Notes under the pieces: generated by a model | Told to the model about the DNA's origin: nothing | Databases searched by the model: none | Seen by the model: the letters and a program-made list of their open reading frames with translations, nothing else | In this document: positions 25,694-35,584 of the stretch, one piece after another | Numbering within the stretch: the first letter of the stretch is position 1 | Layout of the letters: the number at the start of each line of letters is the position of its first letter | Program-made: the position numbers and the translations under genes | DNA from: an uncultured Gammaproteobacteria bacterium | GTDB taxonomy: Bacteria > Patescibacteriota > Patescibacteriia > JACRJV01 | DNA: 64,000 nucleotides | Assembly: GCA_964576005.1 (NCBI GenBank) | Contig: CAZNTM010000001.1 | Span: forward strand, 3,711 to 67,710 | Reading direction: 5' to 3'

Positions 25694-25716
25694 CAGGGAA
25701 TTCCTTCTACTATAAA
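25690..25716 (+). promoter_or_regulatory. Promoter candidate TTGACA-15 nt-TATAAA in AT-rich spacer, overlapping a small hairpin (25705-25723)
   Basis: Read directly; upstream of GAGGAGG RBS and the 25820 start. Confidence 0.3.
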
Positions 25717-25819
25717 AGTAGAAGTCTCGCCTGTTCTTGGCTCTTTGAAATGAGGGTATTTCGAGGTTCGACCTTTCGATACCTCACGGTGTTTGAGGTT
25801 GAATGAGTGAGGAGGAAAC

Positions 25820-26942
25820 ATGTCGGAGTCGCTTGTTTTAACTACAGGAATTCTTGGGTACGGAGAGCGGGGGAAGATCCTCACAAGAATCATTCGCGAG
25901 AATGTTCCAGCACTCCGCCTCGTCGCCGTGGCGGATCCTGATGTCCGTCGTCAAGAGGATGCCAACGGGAGCGGCCTCGCGGCGTACGAAACCGCTGAAG
26001 AACTCTTCGACAAGGCACATCCAGAGGTTGTCCTCGTCGCGAGTAACCCACCGCATCACGAGGAGCACGTGGTGATGGCCGCCGAGCGCGGCTGCCACAT
26101 CTTCTGCGAGAAGCCGTTAGCGCTCTCGCCAGAAGAGGCCGATCGGATGGTTGACGCGGTGCGCACCGCAGGCGTGGTATGCACCGTTGACTTCGAGACC
26201 GTTTTCGCGGAATCGTTTGCGGTGTTGAGACGACTCCTCCACGAAGAGTGGTTTGGCACGTTGATACGATTCGACGCCGTGGACAAAGGCAGGCCTCCGG
26301 CCTATGACATCGAGACCTGCATGCCGCACTTTCTCCACGCCATGATGGTGTTGACTGGGTCCAAGCCCGTGGAAGTATTCGGCCGGGTCATCGCGAATGG
26401 AACGAAAGCAAGCCTCGAGGATGTCGTCCTACCTAGTGAACGACCTTTACCCGCAGGGGCGCACGCACGATATCGGCATGCGCGCTGACACCATTGATGC
26501 GTCCTATCTATTCAAGAATGGCATCACGAGCCGTTTTTTCCTCGCTCAACTCGATGAGGCATACGTCATCGAGGCAGGCAAGCGGGCAAAGCCTGGCAGC
26601 GAGTTCATGCATTTCATCGCCTACGGCACACGAGGTCAGGTGAAGTTTCACCAGACTTCGACCGGCTACGTCTATCGCAAGCCCGTGCCGCAAGACACGC
26701 TCTCGGTTATGGGCTGGGAGTCGGTGTACGCCCCCACCAAGCCGGATCCGACGTGGGTGGTGCCGACCACGCGCCTCATATGTGATTTCGTAGAGGCGAT
26801 CACATCCGGCCGCGAACCGGTTGCGACCATCGAAGATGCTGCGGCCGTCGTTGATCAGACGTACGGCATCTATGCCTCGCACCTTGCCGGTAGGCCGGTC
26901 AAGCTCCCACTCGAAGATCGGAGGCATCCGCTCCGGAGGTAA
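25820..26942 (+). pseudogene. Gfo/Idh/MocA-family oxidoreductase (inositol/sugar dehydrogenase-like) interrupted by a frameshift near 26425-26440
   Basis: ORF 25820..26488 (frame 2) encodes the N-terminal Rossmann domain (LVAVADPD...EKP). ORF 26397..26942 (frame 0) continues with the typical C-terminal domain. Combined length ~370 aa equals one normal gene. Confidence 0.6.
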
Positions 26943-27011
26943 AGAGCCAGCTTGCGGTGAGCTGAACGACTTGGGTCCTTCTGTGTGACAGGAGGGCTCG
27001 TTTTTTATGCT

Positions 27012-27905
27012 ATGCTGTACATATCTATGATGCCATGGCTTCTTTTTGCGCTCTCTAGCGCCTTTGGGCATTCTGTCTTTAACGCCCTTTCTAAAAAAGC
27101 GCTTGATCATGTGCCGAAGGTTTTCATCGTGGTTTGGGCATCACTGGTTTCTTCAGTGCTCTTGGGCGTTTGGGCGGTGGTGAGGGGAGTTCCTGAATTA
27201 GGGAGCGGGTTTTGGCTTGCCGCGGGTACCACCGCAGTGTTGAACATTATCGCGTTTCCGTTGTTGCTCAAGGCATACGAATTTGGAGAGCTGAGTACCG
27301 TGTTTCCGATGTTGCTGCTCACCCCACTCTTTATGCTTGGTACGTCCTTTGTGCTCTTAGGAGAGGTGGTGACCGGGCGCGGTGTCGCCGGGATGCTCAT
27401 CACTGTGTTTGGGTTGTTTGTCGTTGGGAGAAGTAGTATAAAACACCGTAACGGCATGACAACGCTTGAGGGGAATCGAAACGGGATGGCACTTGGGCTC
27501 CTCGTCGCCTTCCTGTACTCATTTTCTGCCAATTTCGACAAACGGACCGTGCTCCTGTCTGATGCTGTCTTCGGACCTGCGGTGGTGCTCGGGCTCATCG
27601 CAGCTGGGTTGCTCCCCGTACTACTCGTCCTGCAGTACCGGCAGGGCATCGGAGCCACGAAGCATCTATTCACTCCTCAATGCCTCGTGTTGCCGACCGT
27701 GATGGGATTGGTGCAGGTTTTTGATTCGGCGGTTTTTTATACTGCCTTAAGCCTTGGATTGGCCAGCTACACGATTGTGGTCAAACGGATGAGCATTCTT
27801 TTTGGGATCCTCTGGGGGCGACTCTTTTTCCAAGAAAAAAATCTACAGCCAAAGCTTATTGGCGGCGCGGTTGCGATCATTGGTCTTGCGGTGATGTTGC
27901 TTTAA
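27012..27905 (+). CDS. EamA/DMT-superfamily transporter (10-TM drug/metabolite-type permease)
   Basis: Two internally repeated 5-TM halves with EamA-like segments. ORF track begins on GTG 26985; first in-frame ATG at 27012. Confidence 0.55.
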   Translation: MLYISMMPWLLFALSSAFGHSVFNALSKKALDHVPKVFIVVWASLVSSVLLGVWAVVRGVPELGSGFWLAAGTTAVLNIIAFPLLLKAYEFGELSTVFPMLLLTPLFMLGTSFVLLGEVVTGRGVAGMLITVFGLFVVGRSSIKHRNGMTTLEGNRNGMALGLLVAFLYSFSANFDKRTVLLSDAVFGPAVVLGLIAAGLLPVLLVLQYRQGIGATKHLFTPQCLVLPTVMGLVQVFDSAVFYTALSLGLASYTIVVKRMSILFGILWGRLFFQEKNLQPKLIGGAVAIIGLAVMLL

Positions 27906-27969
27906 AAAAAAGAATCCGAGCCAGCGCGTCCGAATGGCAAGGACGGCGGCCCGGAGTCGACTGGACCGA

Positions 27970-28206
27970 TCATGGTCCGGAACGCCGGCGGGGGGCGCGG
28001 AGTTTGCGCTCCTCGTAAAATAAAATGACTGTGTGCATCCACTTCTTGTTCTGGTCGAGGATGCTCGTGAACTTGCGGTCCACGATTTTCACGATGCGAG
28101 CGTTTTCCTGGAGCCATTGGTTGATTGTGCTTTCCAGGAAGTCCGGGAGACGATCGAGGTCCCTGAGGGCATTGTTGAATGCCCTGAAGATCTTACATTG
28201 TTCCAT
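27970..28206 (-). CDS. Small hypothetical protein (78 aa)
   Basis: In-frame ATG at 28206 preceded by strong RBS AAGGAGAG; AT-rich relative to neighbours. Confidence 0.4.
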   Translation of the reverse strand: MEQCKIFRAFNNALRDLDRLPDFLESTINQWLQENARIVKIVDRKFTSILDQNKKWMHTVILFYEERKLRAPRRRSGP

Positions 28207-28253
28207 ACATACTCTCCTTTTCAATGACCGTATCGGTGACGCCTTCAACGTCG

Positions 28254-28282
28254 TTGACGGACACCGCTGCTGGCAGTATCGT
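28254..28282 (+). promoter_or_regulatory. Promoter candidate TTGACG-17 nt-TATCGT upstream of cyclase-family gene
   Basis: Sequence-level match only. Confidence 0.25.
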
Positions 28283-28307
28283 GTGATGAAAGCATCTTCT
28301 CTCATGT

Positions 28308-28949
28308 ATGTCAATGCGCATCATTGATATTTCTACCCCGCTCATGGAGGGCGTGCCGGTGTGGCCAAAGTCGCCTGGTATCAGTGTTACCTGGAGGAAA
28401 CGTCTTGATCGCGGCGACAGCGCCAATTTGACGCGGCTTGATACTGACGTGCACGTTGGCACGCATGTGGAAGGGAAGCTGCACAACTTCAATGACGGTG
28501 CGGCAATTGATGGAATTCCACTTGATATTTTTGTTGGTCCTGCAGTGGTTGTTGATTTTGCAGCAGCCTCTGCACTGACGGCAACTGTGCTCGACGCTGC
28601 CAGTATCTCTCACGGCACAACACGTGTACTCCTGAAAACAAAAAATTCCGCTTTTTGGGAGCATCCACGGCATGCATTCCGTGAAGATTTTACCGGCCTC
28701 ACCGTTGATGGAGCGCAGTGGCTCGTTGACCACGGCATCACACTGGTCGGCAACGATTATCTTTCGATTGCGCAGTATGGACAGGGCCGCGAGGTGCACG
28801 ACATTCTCCTTGAAGGCGGCGTCACCATCATTGAAGGGCTCGATCTTCGTTTGGCGGTAGCAGGGGAGTATGAACTCATTTGCCTGCCATTGAAGCTCGT
28901 CGGTCGTGAAGCAACACCGGCGCGGGCTGTACTCCTTCAACGCGATTGA
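28308..28949 (+). CDS. Putative-cyclase family protein (kynurenine formamidase/KynB-like metal hydrolase)
   Basis: IDISTPL...VWP...HVGTHVE...PLDIFVGPAVVVD matches PF04199-type cyclase/arylformamidase pattern. Confidence 0.6.
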   Translation: MSMRIIDISTPLMEGVPVWPKSPGISVTWRKRLDRGDSANLTRLDTDVHVGTHVEGKLHNFNDGAAIDGIPLDIFVGPAVVVDFAAASALTATVLDAASISHGTTRVLLKTKNSAFWEHPRHAFREDFTGLTVDGAQWLVDHGITLVGNDYLSIAQYGQGREVHDILLEGGVTIIEGLDLRLAVAGEYELICLPLKLVGREATPARAVLLQRD

Positions 28950-30256
28950 TAGAGCGACGCATGTCGTTCGATCATGCGTGGCAATGAAAAGTGTTCCTCG
29001 TATCGCGCTCGTGCGATAGCTCCCATTGCTTGTCTCTTTGTTGGGCTTTCAAGGAGATAACGGAGCGCATGAGAGAGCGCATCCACATCTCGCGCCGGCA
29101 CAATGAGGCCGGTTTTTTGATCGACGATAATATCAGGGATCCCACCGACCCGTGTTGCGATGATCGGTTTACCAAGGCTCATTGCGTGAAGGATGACATA
29201 GGGCATCCCTTCCATTTCGGAGGAGAGAACGAAGATATCCAACCCCGCGATGATCTGGAGCGTTTCTTTGAGCGGTTGGTATCCAGTGAATTCAACCAGT
29301 TCATCGAGACCAAGCTCGGTCGCCATGGTGCGCATTGATTCGAGTGTCGGTCCGTCGCCAACGAGGATGGCTCGAAAGAGGTTTTGATCCTGTTGATGGA
29401 TCCGAGCGAGCGCTTCGAGAAAATATCGTTGTCCCTTATGAGCTAAGAAGCTTGCGACCATGCCGATTGATGGGGTGGGGTGATCATCGAGACCGTTGAC
29501 CGGATGATTGTTCACACCATACTGCTCGACTTCGGCAACGCCATACGGGATTTTTTTGAGCTGTGCGTGGCGAAACTCACCCAGTTCGAGCAGGCGCTGA
29601 CCAATAAAATCGGCAGGAACAGCGACTTGATCGAATGAACGGCTCACCAATCGGTTGATGAGCCGTTCAACGATTGCTGGAAATGTTATTGGCGCCGGTG
29701 TATTGCAGATACTCATGACACACCAGCGACAACCGGCGAGTTTGGCTGCCACTGCCGCAACCTGGGCACTCTGCGCTCCTGGGTACCCGCCGTTCACCAC
29801 CTGGAGGACGTCAATCGGATGCGCCCGAAATGCGCGGTACAATCGCAAGAAATTGACCGGCATCAAGGCGTATCGGAGCAGCGCATAGAAGAAACGCCCC
29901 GGTGCTTTCAGGGTTGATGATGAAATTTTTTTATGGAGCGCGTGTAATCGAATAAAGTGTCGTTCTGTCCAGCCGAGCTGTTGGGGTGCCGTTGTATCCG
30001 TGAGTTCCTTTGCTCCAAAATGTCCGCCAATCTCTTTAACCTTCACAGGACAGGAGACCGTGACGGGCGCATGGGAGAAATCAAGAAAATCAACGAATTC
30101 TTGCCACGGTTCATGAAACACGATGATGTCATAGTGATCGCGGTCAATATTCCAGAGGAGATCCTTAAAGTACACTTCAGCTCCTCCAAGCATCGGGGTG
30201 TACATATACAAGCCGAGCCGCGTTTTTTTTGGCGCCTCTTTTTGATCAGCGTCCAT
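28937..30256 (-). CDS. GT4-family glycosyltransferase (GT-B fold)
   Basis: C-terminal ...SSEMEGMPYVILHAMSLGKPIIATRVGGIPDII GT4 EX7E-type motif. Confidence 0.7.
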   Translation of the reverse strand: MDADQKEAPKKTRLGLYMYTPMLGGAEVYFKDLLWNIDRDHYDIIVFHEPWQEFVDFLDFSHAPVTVSCPVKVKEIGGHFGAKELTDTTAPQQLGWTERHFIRLHALHKKISSSTLKAPGRFFYALLRYALMPVNFLRLYRAFRAHPIDVLQVVNGGYPGAQSAQVAAVAAKLAGCRWCVMSICNTPAPITFPAIVERLINRLVSRSFDQVAVPADFIGQRLLELGEFRHAQLKKIPYGVAEVEQYGVNNHPVNGLDDHPTPSIGMVASFLAHKGQRYFLEALARIHQQDQNLFRAILVGDGPTLESMRTMATELGLDELVEFTGYQPLKETLQIIAGLDIFVLSSEMEGMPYVILHAMSLGKPIIATRVGGIPDIIVDQKTGLIVPARDVDALSHALRYLLESPTKRQAMGAIARARYEEHFSLPRMIERHASLYQSR

Positions 30257-31235
30257 AGCGTTGTTTCATCCAGTCCCAGGTTTTTTCAAGACCGGCGCGA
30301 AGTGTCGTGGTGGGGGACCACTCGAGGTGCTCTCGCGCCTTCGTGATATCCAACACAATCGTGGAGACGTCACTCACACGCGTTGGCAGTATAGCGATCT
30401 CGGCGCGATTGCCGGTGATTTCTTCAATAAGGGGGATCAGTGTGCTGATTTTCGTTCCGACCCCGCTGCCGATGTTAAAGATTCGCTCTGGTCCCGTGTA
30501 CCGCAGAGCGCATAGTGTCGCGTCGATCGCGTCGTCAATATAGAGAAAATCGCGGGTCATTTCTCCATCTCCAATCATGGGGATCGGTTTACCAAGCGCC
30601 ATACATTCCAGGAATGTCGCGATGGCGCCGAAACCGCTCTGTGGCAGTTGTCCAGGACCATAGGGGTTTCCGTAGCGGAGCATGATGGAGGTGAATGCCT
30701 GACGCTGCTCGTAGAGTTGGAGGTATTTTTCCGTGGCAAGTTTCACGATGCCGTACGAACTAATGGGATCGGTGGGATGCGTCTCTGGGATGGGAATTTG
30801 TTGTGGGATACCATAGACGGTGCCTCCAGATGAGGGAAAGATTATTTTTCGGACGCGTGCATTCTTCGCTGCCTCAAGGATGCGGATGTTTTCTTCCAGA
30901 TTCCGTTCGACGTCTTGGAGGGGGTTGGTCGTGGATTCTGCCGGGGTCGTTGCGCCGAGGAAGCAAAACAGAGCGTCGACACCATCAAGGACCTCATGAA
31001 GGAGCGCAGTGTTGTTCGTACTTCGCTCAGCGATCAGCTCGAGTGGAAAGGTGCGCGCGAGATTTTGCAGTTCGGGGGTCTCTCGACTATGTGGGTCGAG
31101 GACGCGGACCGCATACCCCTCCTGCCGGACTAGCCGCTCGACCAGGTGTAGCCCGAGGAAGCCACAGCCGCCAAGAACGACACAGCGTCGGTGTTTCGGG
31201 ATCGCTCGCTCTTCGTTGGATTGCATACTGTCCAA
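30246..31235 (-). CDS. NAD-dependent sugar-nucleotide epimerase/dehydratase (extended SDR)
   Basis: VVLGGCGFLGLHL Rossmann motif and YGNPYGPG-type SDR catalytic region. Confidence 0.65.
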   Translation of the reverse strand: MDSMQSNEERAIPKHRRCVVLGGCGFLGLHLVERLVRQEGYAVRVLDPHSRETPELQNLARTFPLELIAERSTNNTALLHEVLDGVDALFCFLGATTPAESTTNPLQDVERNLEENIRILEAAKNARVRKIIFPSSGGTVYGIPQQIPIPETHPTDPISSYGIVKLATEKYLQLYEQRQAFTSIMLRYGNPYGPGQLPQSGFGAIATFLECMALGKPIPMIGDGEMTRDFLYIDDAIDATLCALRYTGPERIFNIGSGVGTKISTLIPLIEEITGNRAEIAILPTRVSDVSTIVLDITKAREHLEWSPTTTLRAGLEKTWDWMKQRYGR

Positions 31236-31312
31236 TAGTATTGGATTGGTGTCGGGATGTCGAATGCCTTGTCAGTATGGGGTGTATTCGATATTATTCT
31301 TGATGCCCTCCT

Positions 31313-32047
31313 ATGCGCGAGACCTCCCCATTTTCTGATTCGTATATTGACGCGATCAGTGGTGATCCGTTCAAGAATTATTTTACGCCGATTTGGGACG
31401 AGGTGTGTCAAACGGTCACGATCGGCTCGCTCTTGGATGTCGGATGTGGGAATGGGCTTTTTACCGCGGCGCTCAAACCGAAGCTCGGTTGCAGGCTCTC
31501 CGGCGTTGACGGGAGTCCTCATGCCTTGCGTCTTGCGAAAGAGGCCGGGTTCGACGCACTCTCGTTGGTGGAAGATTTCTCAACAATGCCGCTGCCATTT
31601 GATGATGCGCAATTCGATTTTGTGGTCTGCAAGGATGTGCTTGAACATCTGCTAGATCCACAGCGCCTGCTCGCCGAAATGAGTCGGGTGCTGAAGGCCG
31701 GGGGCGCGCTGCTGGTTCATGTTCCGAACCACTTCTCCCTCTACGGTCGCCTTCGGTTTTTGTTTACAAACGATATTGATACCTGGCGATATTATCCCAA
31801 GAGTACGCGTTTCAATTTCCCGCATATTCGTTTTTATACCCACGAGGAGATACGCTCGATGCTTCGAGCGGAGCGGTTCACTCCCATCGGCGATTATAGT
31901 CACTATTTTTTTTCAATGCCAAAACAGCACTACCTACCCCGACGAGTGAGGATGCGTCTCGCTCGTTTCCTGACGCAACGCGCTCCGTCTCAATTTGCCG
32001 CCGGATTTACTATTCTTGCGCGGAAGCATGAGGAGAGCAGCGTATGA
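31313..32047 (+). CDS. Class I SAM-dependent methyltransferase
   Basis: LLDVGCGNGLF motif I and DFVVCKDVLEHL motif. Confidence 0.65.
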   Translation: MRETSPFSDSYIDAISGDPFKNYFTPIWDEVCQTVTIGSLLDVGCGNGLFTAALKPKLGCRLSGVDGSPHALRLAKEAGFDALSLVEDFSTMPLPFDDAQFDFVVCKDVLEHLLDPQRLLAEMSRVLKAGGALLVHVPNHFSLYGRLRFLFTNDIDTWRYYPKSTRFNFPHIRFYTHEEIRSMLRAERFTPIGDYSHYFFSMPKQHYLPRRVRMRLARFLTQRAPSQFAAGFTILARKHEESSV

Positions 32048-33765
32048 CCAGTGGCGTTTCTCGGGGACGATTACTTATTCTCTGCGGGGATTTTTCCGGA
32101 TCGTTGGATCGTTTTGACGTTATCATTACCTGGTCTCCGGCGCGGCATGAGGATCTCCGCACTCACGGCATTACAAGTCCTCGGTTTGGAGACTTTACTC
32201 CGAGTGAAGAGCGTGGGGTGTTCCTTGATCGGGAACTCCATCAAGGTCTTGAGGCCGGACTCGATGCCGAAGCGCGCGCGAATAACACTCTTCGCTGGGC
32301 TCCGCTTGCCATACAACAACTTCGGTTGCCGCTCGCCCGTTATCGCTGGCTCAAGGAGTGCGTTGGGGCCATTGTCCGTCAATACAAGCCTCGAGAGATT
32401 GTCCTTTCTTCGGGTGAAGACAGAGAAATCGTCCGCGCGGTCGAACATGGTGTACAGTCGGAAGCGATTGTCGTTACGGTTGAGCATGGTCCCATTGATC
32501 CATCTGCTTCAACGATCTATCGCTCCGCGCCATATGGATTGCCGCGACGACTCGATCCGAATTGGTTTCACCGTCTTCGATGGCGAGGGCGTGCATGGCG
32601 TCTTGGCTTGGGGAGTGTCCAACTTGAGCTTTATCCAAATATTCCCGAGCACGCGTGTACCGGCAGCATCCACGGATTTAAAATTCGTCCCGCGCTTGCA
32701 TTCTTTGATGCGGTCGCGGGTAAGCTCCGGCGTCTCCTGCATATTCCTCATCGCGAAACGCTCGTTGATCTCTCTTCTGCGCATCTCGATGACCACCTCC
32801 CCATGATCATCGAGCCGACTCATTGGCAACAATTTTCTGCCGATGAGCAGCGTTTGCTGAATGGGTTGCTCTTTCGATACTTCCAACTCTATCCCGCAAC
32901 CTATATTGATATCGTGGCAGAGCGACTCGCATTCATCTTTTCGACCATCCGACCGTCGCGTGTCGTTCTGGCTGTTGATCTCCTTGATGCAGACCGACTG
33001 CTCGCGTTTGTTGCGAAGCGCCAGGGTATTCCGGTTGATTATCTTCCGCACGGTGTTGTGATGGAGGAGTATTCTGGTAACGCCCATCCGTGTCTCTTTG
33101 TTCCCAACCGGATCCTTACCTGGTCCGAGGCATCGGCAGATGCCTTCCGTGCCTTGGGATGGGCTGCGACCGCCATCCGCCATCCTCTGTTCAATCGTGA
33201 GCACGCCATGACCGTGCGGTCACTTCCAGCCGACCGACGGGCATGGCGTGTGCTGGTTCTTCTCTCTGATTGGGAGGGCTTGTCGCATGCGGGACGAGAA
33301 GATGGTCAGTTGGTTGAGATGATGACGATTGTACGGACGCTTCGAGAGGTCGGTATACCATCAGAGCATATTGACGTGAAATTTCACTTTACACCCATTG
33401 CAGAGCACCGAGAACAACAAGAACAGGTTGTCGAGCAGCTCAAGAGCACTCTTGATTTTCCATTCCGTGTGATCGCTTCCTCCATCAAATCACGCGCGTT
33501 GTTACCCGAGTACTCTCTCGTCATTGTTCCACCGACCACTGGCATTTTTGAGGCAGTCTTTCTTGGCATTCCGCTGGTGCTCTTTGGCCGCGGCTTTGGA
33601 CGGTATGGGATATTTCGCGATGCTCCGCTGCCGCATGCAGAGACTGGGGCTACCTTGCGTTCCATTCTTGAACAGTATGATGATCAGAATCTCGAGCGCG
33701 TCTATCGTCGTCTCGTGGAGCAGGTCACGTGCGGTGTCTCGTTGACGGATCTCCCAGCATCTTAA
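32044..33765 (+). CDS. Large soluble hypothetical protein, possible GT-B-like glycosyl/NulO/polyol-phosphate transferase (TagF- or capsule-synthesis-like)
   Basis: 573 aa, no TM segments, two Rossmann-like halves; no confident motif. Confidence 0.3.
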   Translation: MTSGVSRGRLLILCGDFSGSLDRFDVIITWSPARHEDLRTHGITSPRFGDFTPSEERGVFLDRELHQGLEAGLDAEARANNTLRWAPLAIQQLRLPLARYRWLKECVGAIVRQYKPREIVLSSGEDREIVRAVEHGVQSEAIVVTVEHGPIDPSASTIYRSAPYGLPRRLDPNWFHRLRWRGRAWRLGLGSVQLELYPNIPEHACTGSIHGFKIRPALAFFDAVAGKLRRLLHIPHRETLVDLSSAHLDDHLPMIIEPTHWQQFSADEQRLLNGLLFRYFQLYPATYIDIVAERLAFIFSTIRPSRVVLAVDLLDADRLLAFVAKRQGIPVDYLPHGVVMEEYSGNAHPCLFVPNRILTWSEASADAFRALGWAATAIRHPLFNREHAMTVRSLPADRRAWRVLVLLSDWEGLSHAGREDGQLVEMMTIVRTLREVGIPSEHIDVKFHFTPIAEHREQQEQVVEQLKSTLDFPFRVIASSIKSRALLPEYSLVIVPPTTGIFEAVFLGIPLVLFGRGFGRYGIFRDAPLPHAETGATLRSILEQYDDQNLERVYRRLVEQVTCGVSLTDLPAS

Positions 33766-33779
33766 GTACTAGAAACGCC

Positions 33780-35579
33780 ATGGACCATGAGATGCAGAAC
33801 CTGTTGAAGCGCATACGCACACCTCGAGAGGGCGTATCGTTCTTTCGTTTTGTGGTGGGGCGAGTTCGTGATGCGTTGATCCGTCGGGTCAGTACTCCGC
33901 ACGCATATTACCCTCCGATGGTGCGAATGGCATGTGAAGGTGTTCAAAAGATCCGTACCAATCATCAGGCCGAAACATCAACCCATCCTCCTGCGTCTGA
34001 CGCTCATTTGTCGAATGTGCCAAGTCACCTGATCCTTGCCACTGGTTCATTGCAGTGTATTGGCCTGCCGGATTGGACAACATCCTGGGAAGATCCGGAG
34101 CAGGTCATGTCGCTTCACCGTTGGAATTGGCTTTTGTTTCGATTATACGAAACGGGCGAGGCACCGGATTCGGCGTGGGGGTTGCGACTCATGCGATCGT
34201 GGCTCAGGAGGATGGGCGCGGTACCAGCCGGGATTGCCGGTACAACGTATACAACGGGAGAACGGATTGCGAATGCCGTATTGTTTTTGGCTCGCGTTGG
34301 AAAAAACCGGGTTGATCCAAACGCCATCCCAGAGGATATCACCCGTGCGTTGAGGAGCATGGCAGTGCACATTGCCGGACATCTTGAATATAAAGAGCCG
34401 GAATTGAGCGGCAACCATGTCATCCAGAACGCACGAGCGCTGCTCTTTGCTGGGGCGTTTTTGTGCACTCCTGCATTCTCGGAGCTCGCTCGTGTCATCC
34501 TCCGTGAGCGCCTCCCATCGCTCATCACCGAGGATGGATTTCTCCGTGAGGGTTCCAGTCATTATCATTTTTTGTTTACTCGTTGGGTACTTGAAATGGA
34601 TTGGGTGGCCCAGGAGGTGGGGGATCGCATCACCGTGAGCATTCTTCAACCCATAAAACAGAAACTTTTGGAGCGCTGTTGGTTTTTTCTTGTGTACAAT
34701 GATGCGGAAAGATTATGGCAAATTCCGACGATTGGCGATGTGTCGCCGGATTGCACGCCAGCATGGTTGCTCATGTATCTGTGGCCTGATCTCGAAGCGG
34801 CTCGACCACCATCTGCCCGTGATCGTCTCGAGCAATTCGAGCGGAGCGGCTGGGTTCGTTGTGATCGAGATGAGACAACGATGTTTTGGCATTTCCGGCT
34901 CTCCGCGCCGGGGCTCTATCCCACCCACGGGCATAACGACACTGGGTCGTTCGTGCTGTGTATCCGCGGGGCGCCTGTGCTCGTTGACCCCGGACGTCCA
35001 TCTTATATGATGAGTGATCCTTTTTACTCCTATAGCGGCAGTGCATCCGCCCACAACAGTCTTGTTGTTGATGGCATTGAACCGCTGGTGCCCGAACAGC
35101 GCCGCTGGTTGCCGTTTTGGTATAGAGATGCCAAGGTAGAAGTACTAGAGGAGAACGTGGGCGGTGATATCAGCCTTATCCTCCGGCACACGGGGTACAA
35201 CCGTGTTGCTGTCGCTGGGTTTGTTCATGAGCGTCGTTGGGTCATTGGATTGCGTCGTCTTTACATTGAAGATATGTTTTCGGGCGATGGAGCCCATATC
35301 GTCGAGACATTTTTTCAGTGGTCACCGCAATACGCTCTTCATCCCCAGTCGGCCCCATCGTTGAGCGCTCACGCGGTTGATACGCATGGCATGCATATAA
35401 CATTCGCTGTAGAGCGGACTTCGGCAGGGACACTCATCACCCATGTGCGCGGGCAGCGGCAACCAAAACTCGCTGGATGGACCTTTCCAGCGTACGGCAC
35501 GTATGTTCCAAGTGTCTCAACGATGATCTCGACGCGCACTACATTTCCTGCCTCATTCCACTATCAGTTCAAATGGTAA
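33780..35579 (+). CDS. Heparinase II/III-like family protein (polysaccharide lyase / epimerase-like fold)
   Basis: Pattern LSGNHVIQNARALLFAG ... SSHYHFLF ... PTHGHNDTGSF consistent with Hepar_II_III-type domains. Confidence 0.45.
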   Translation: MDHEMQNLLKRIRTPREGVSFFRFVVGRVRDALIRRVSTPHAYYPPMVRMACEGVQKIRTNHQAETSTHPPASDAHLSNVPSHLILATGSLQCIGLPDWTTSWEDPEQVMSLHRWNWLLFRLYETGEAPDSAWGLRLMRSWLRRMGAVPAGIAGTTYTTGERIANAVLFLARVGKNRVDPNAIPEDITRALRSMAVHIAGHLEYKEPELSGNHVIQNARALLFAGAFLCTPAFSELARVILRERLPSLITEDGFLREGSSHYHFLFTRWVLEMDWVAQEVGDRITVSILQPIKQKLLERCWFFLVYNDAERLWQIPTIGDVSPDCTPAWLLMYLWPDLEAARPPSARDRLEQFERSGWVRCDRDETTMFWHFRLSAPGLYPTHGHNDTGSFVLCIRGAPVLVDPGRPSYMMSDPFYSYSGSASAHNSLVVDGIEPLVPEQRRWLPFWYRDAKVEVLEENVGGDISLILRHTGYNRVAVAGFVHERRWVIGLRRLYIEDMFSGDGAHIVETFFQWSPQYALHPQSAPSLSAHAVDTHGMHITFAVERTSAGTLITHVRGQRQPKLAGWTFPAYGTYVPSVSTMISTRTTFPASFHYQFKW

Positions 35580-35584
35580 TGGGT

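Noticed and set aside
27906-27969. Short GC-rich inverted repeats (ggaccgatcatggtcc; gcgcggagtttgcgctcc) between convergent genes
   Set aside because: Stems are short and imperfect with no U-tract; not convincing as a bidirectional terminator.
28311-28940. 209-aa minus-strand ORF
   Set aside because: Antisense to the cyclase-family gene (28308..28949), which has a convincing family pattern.
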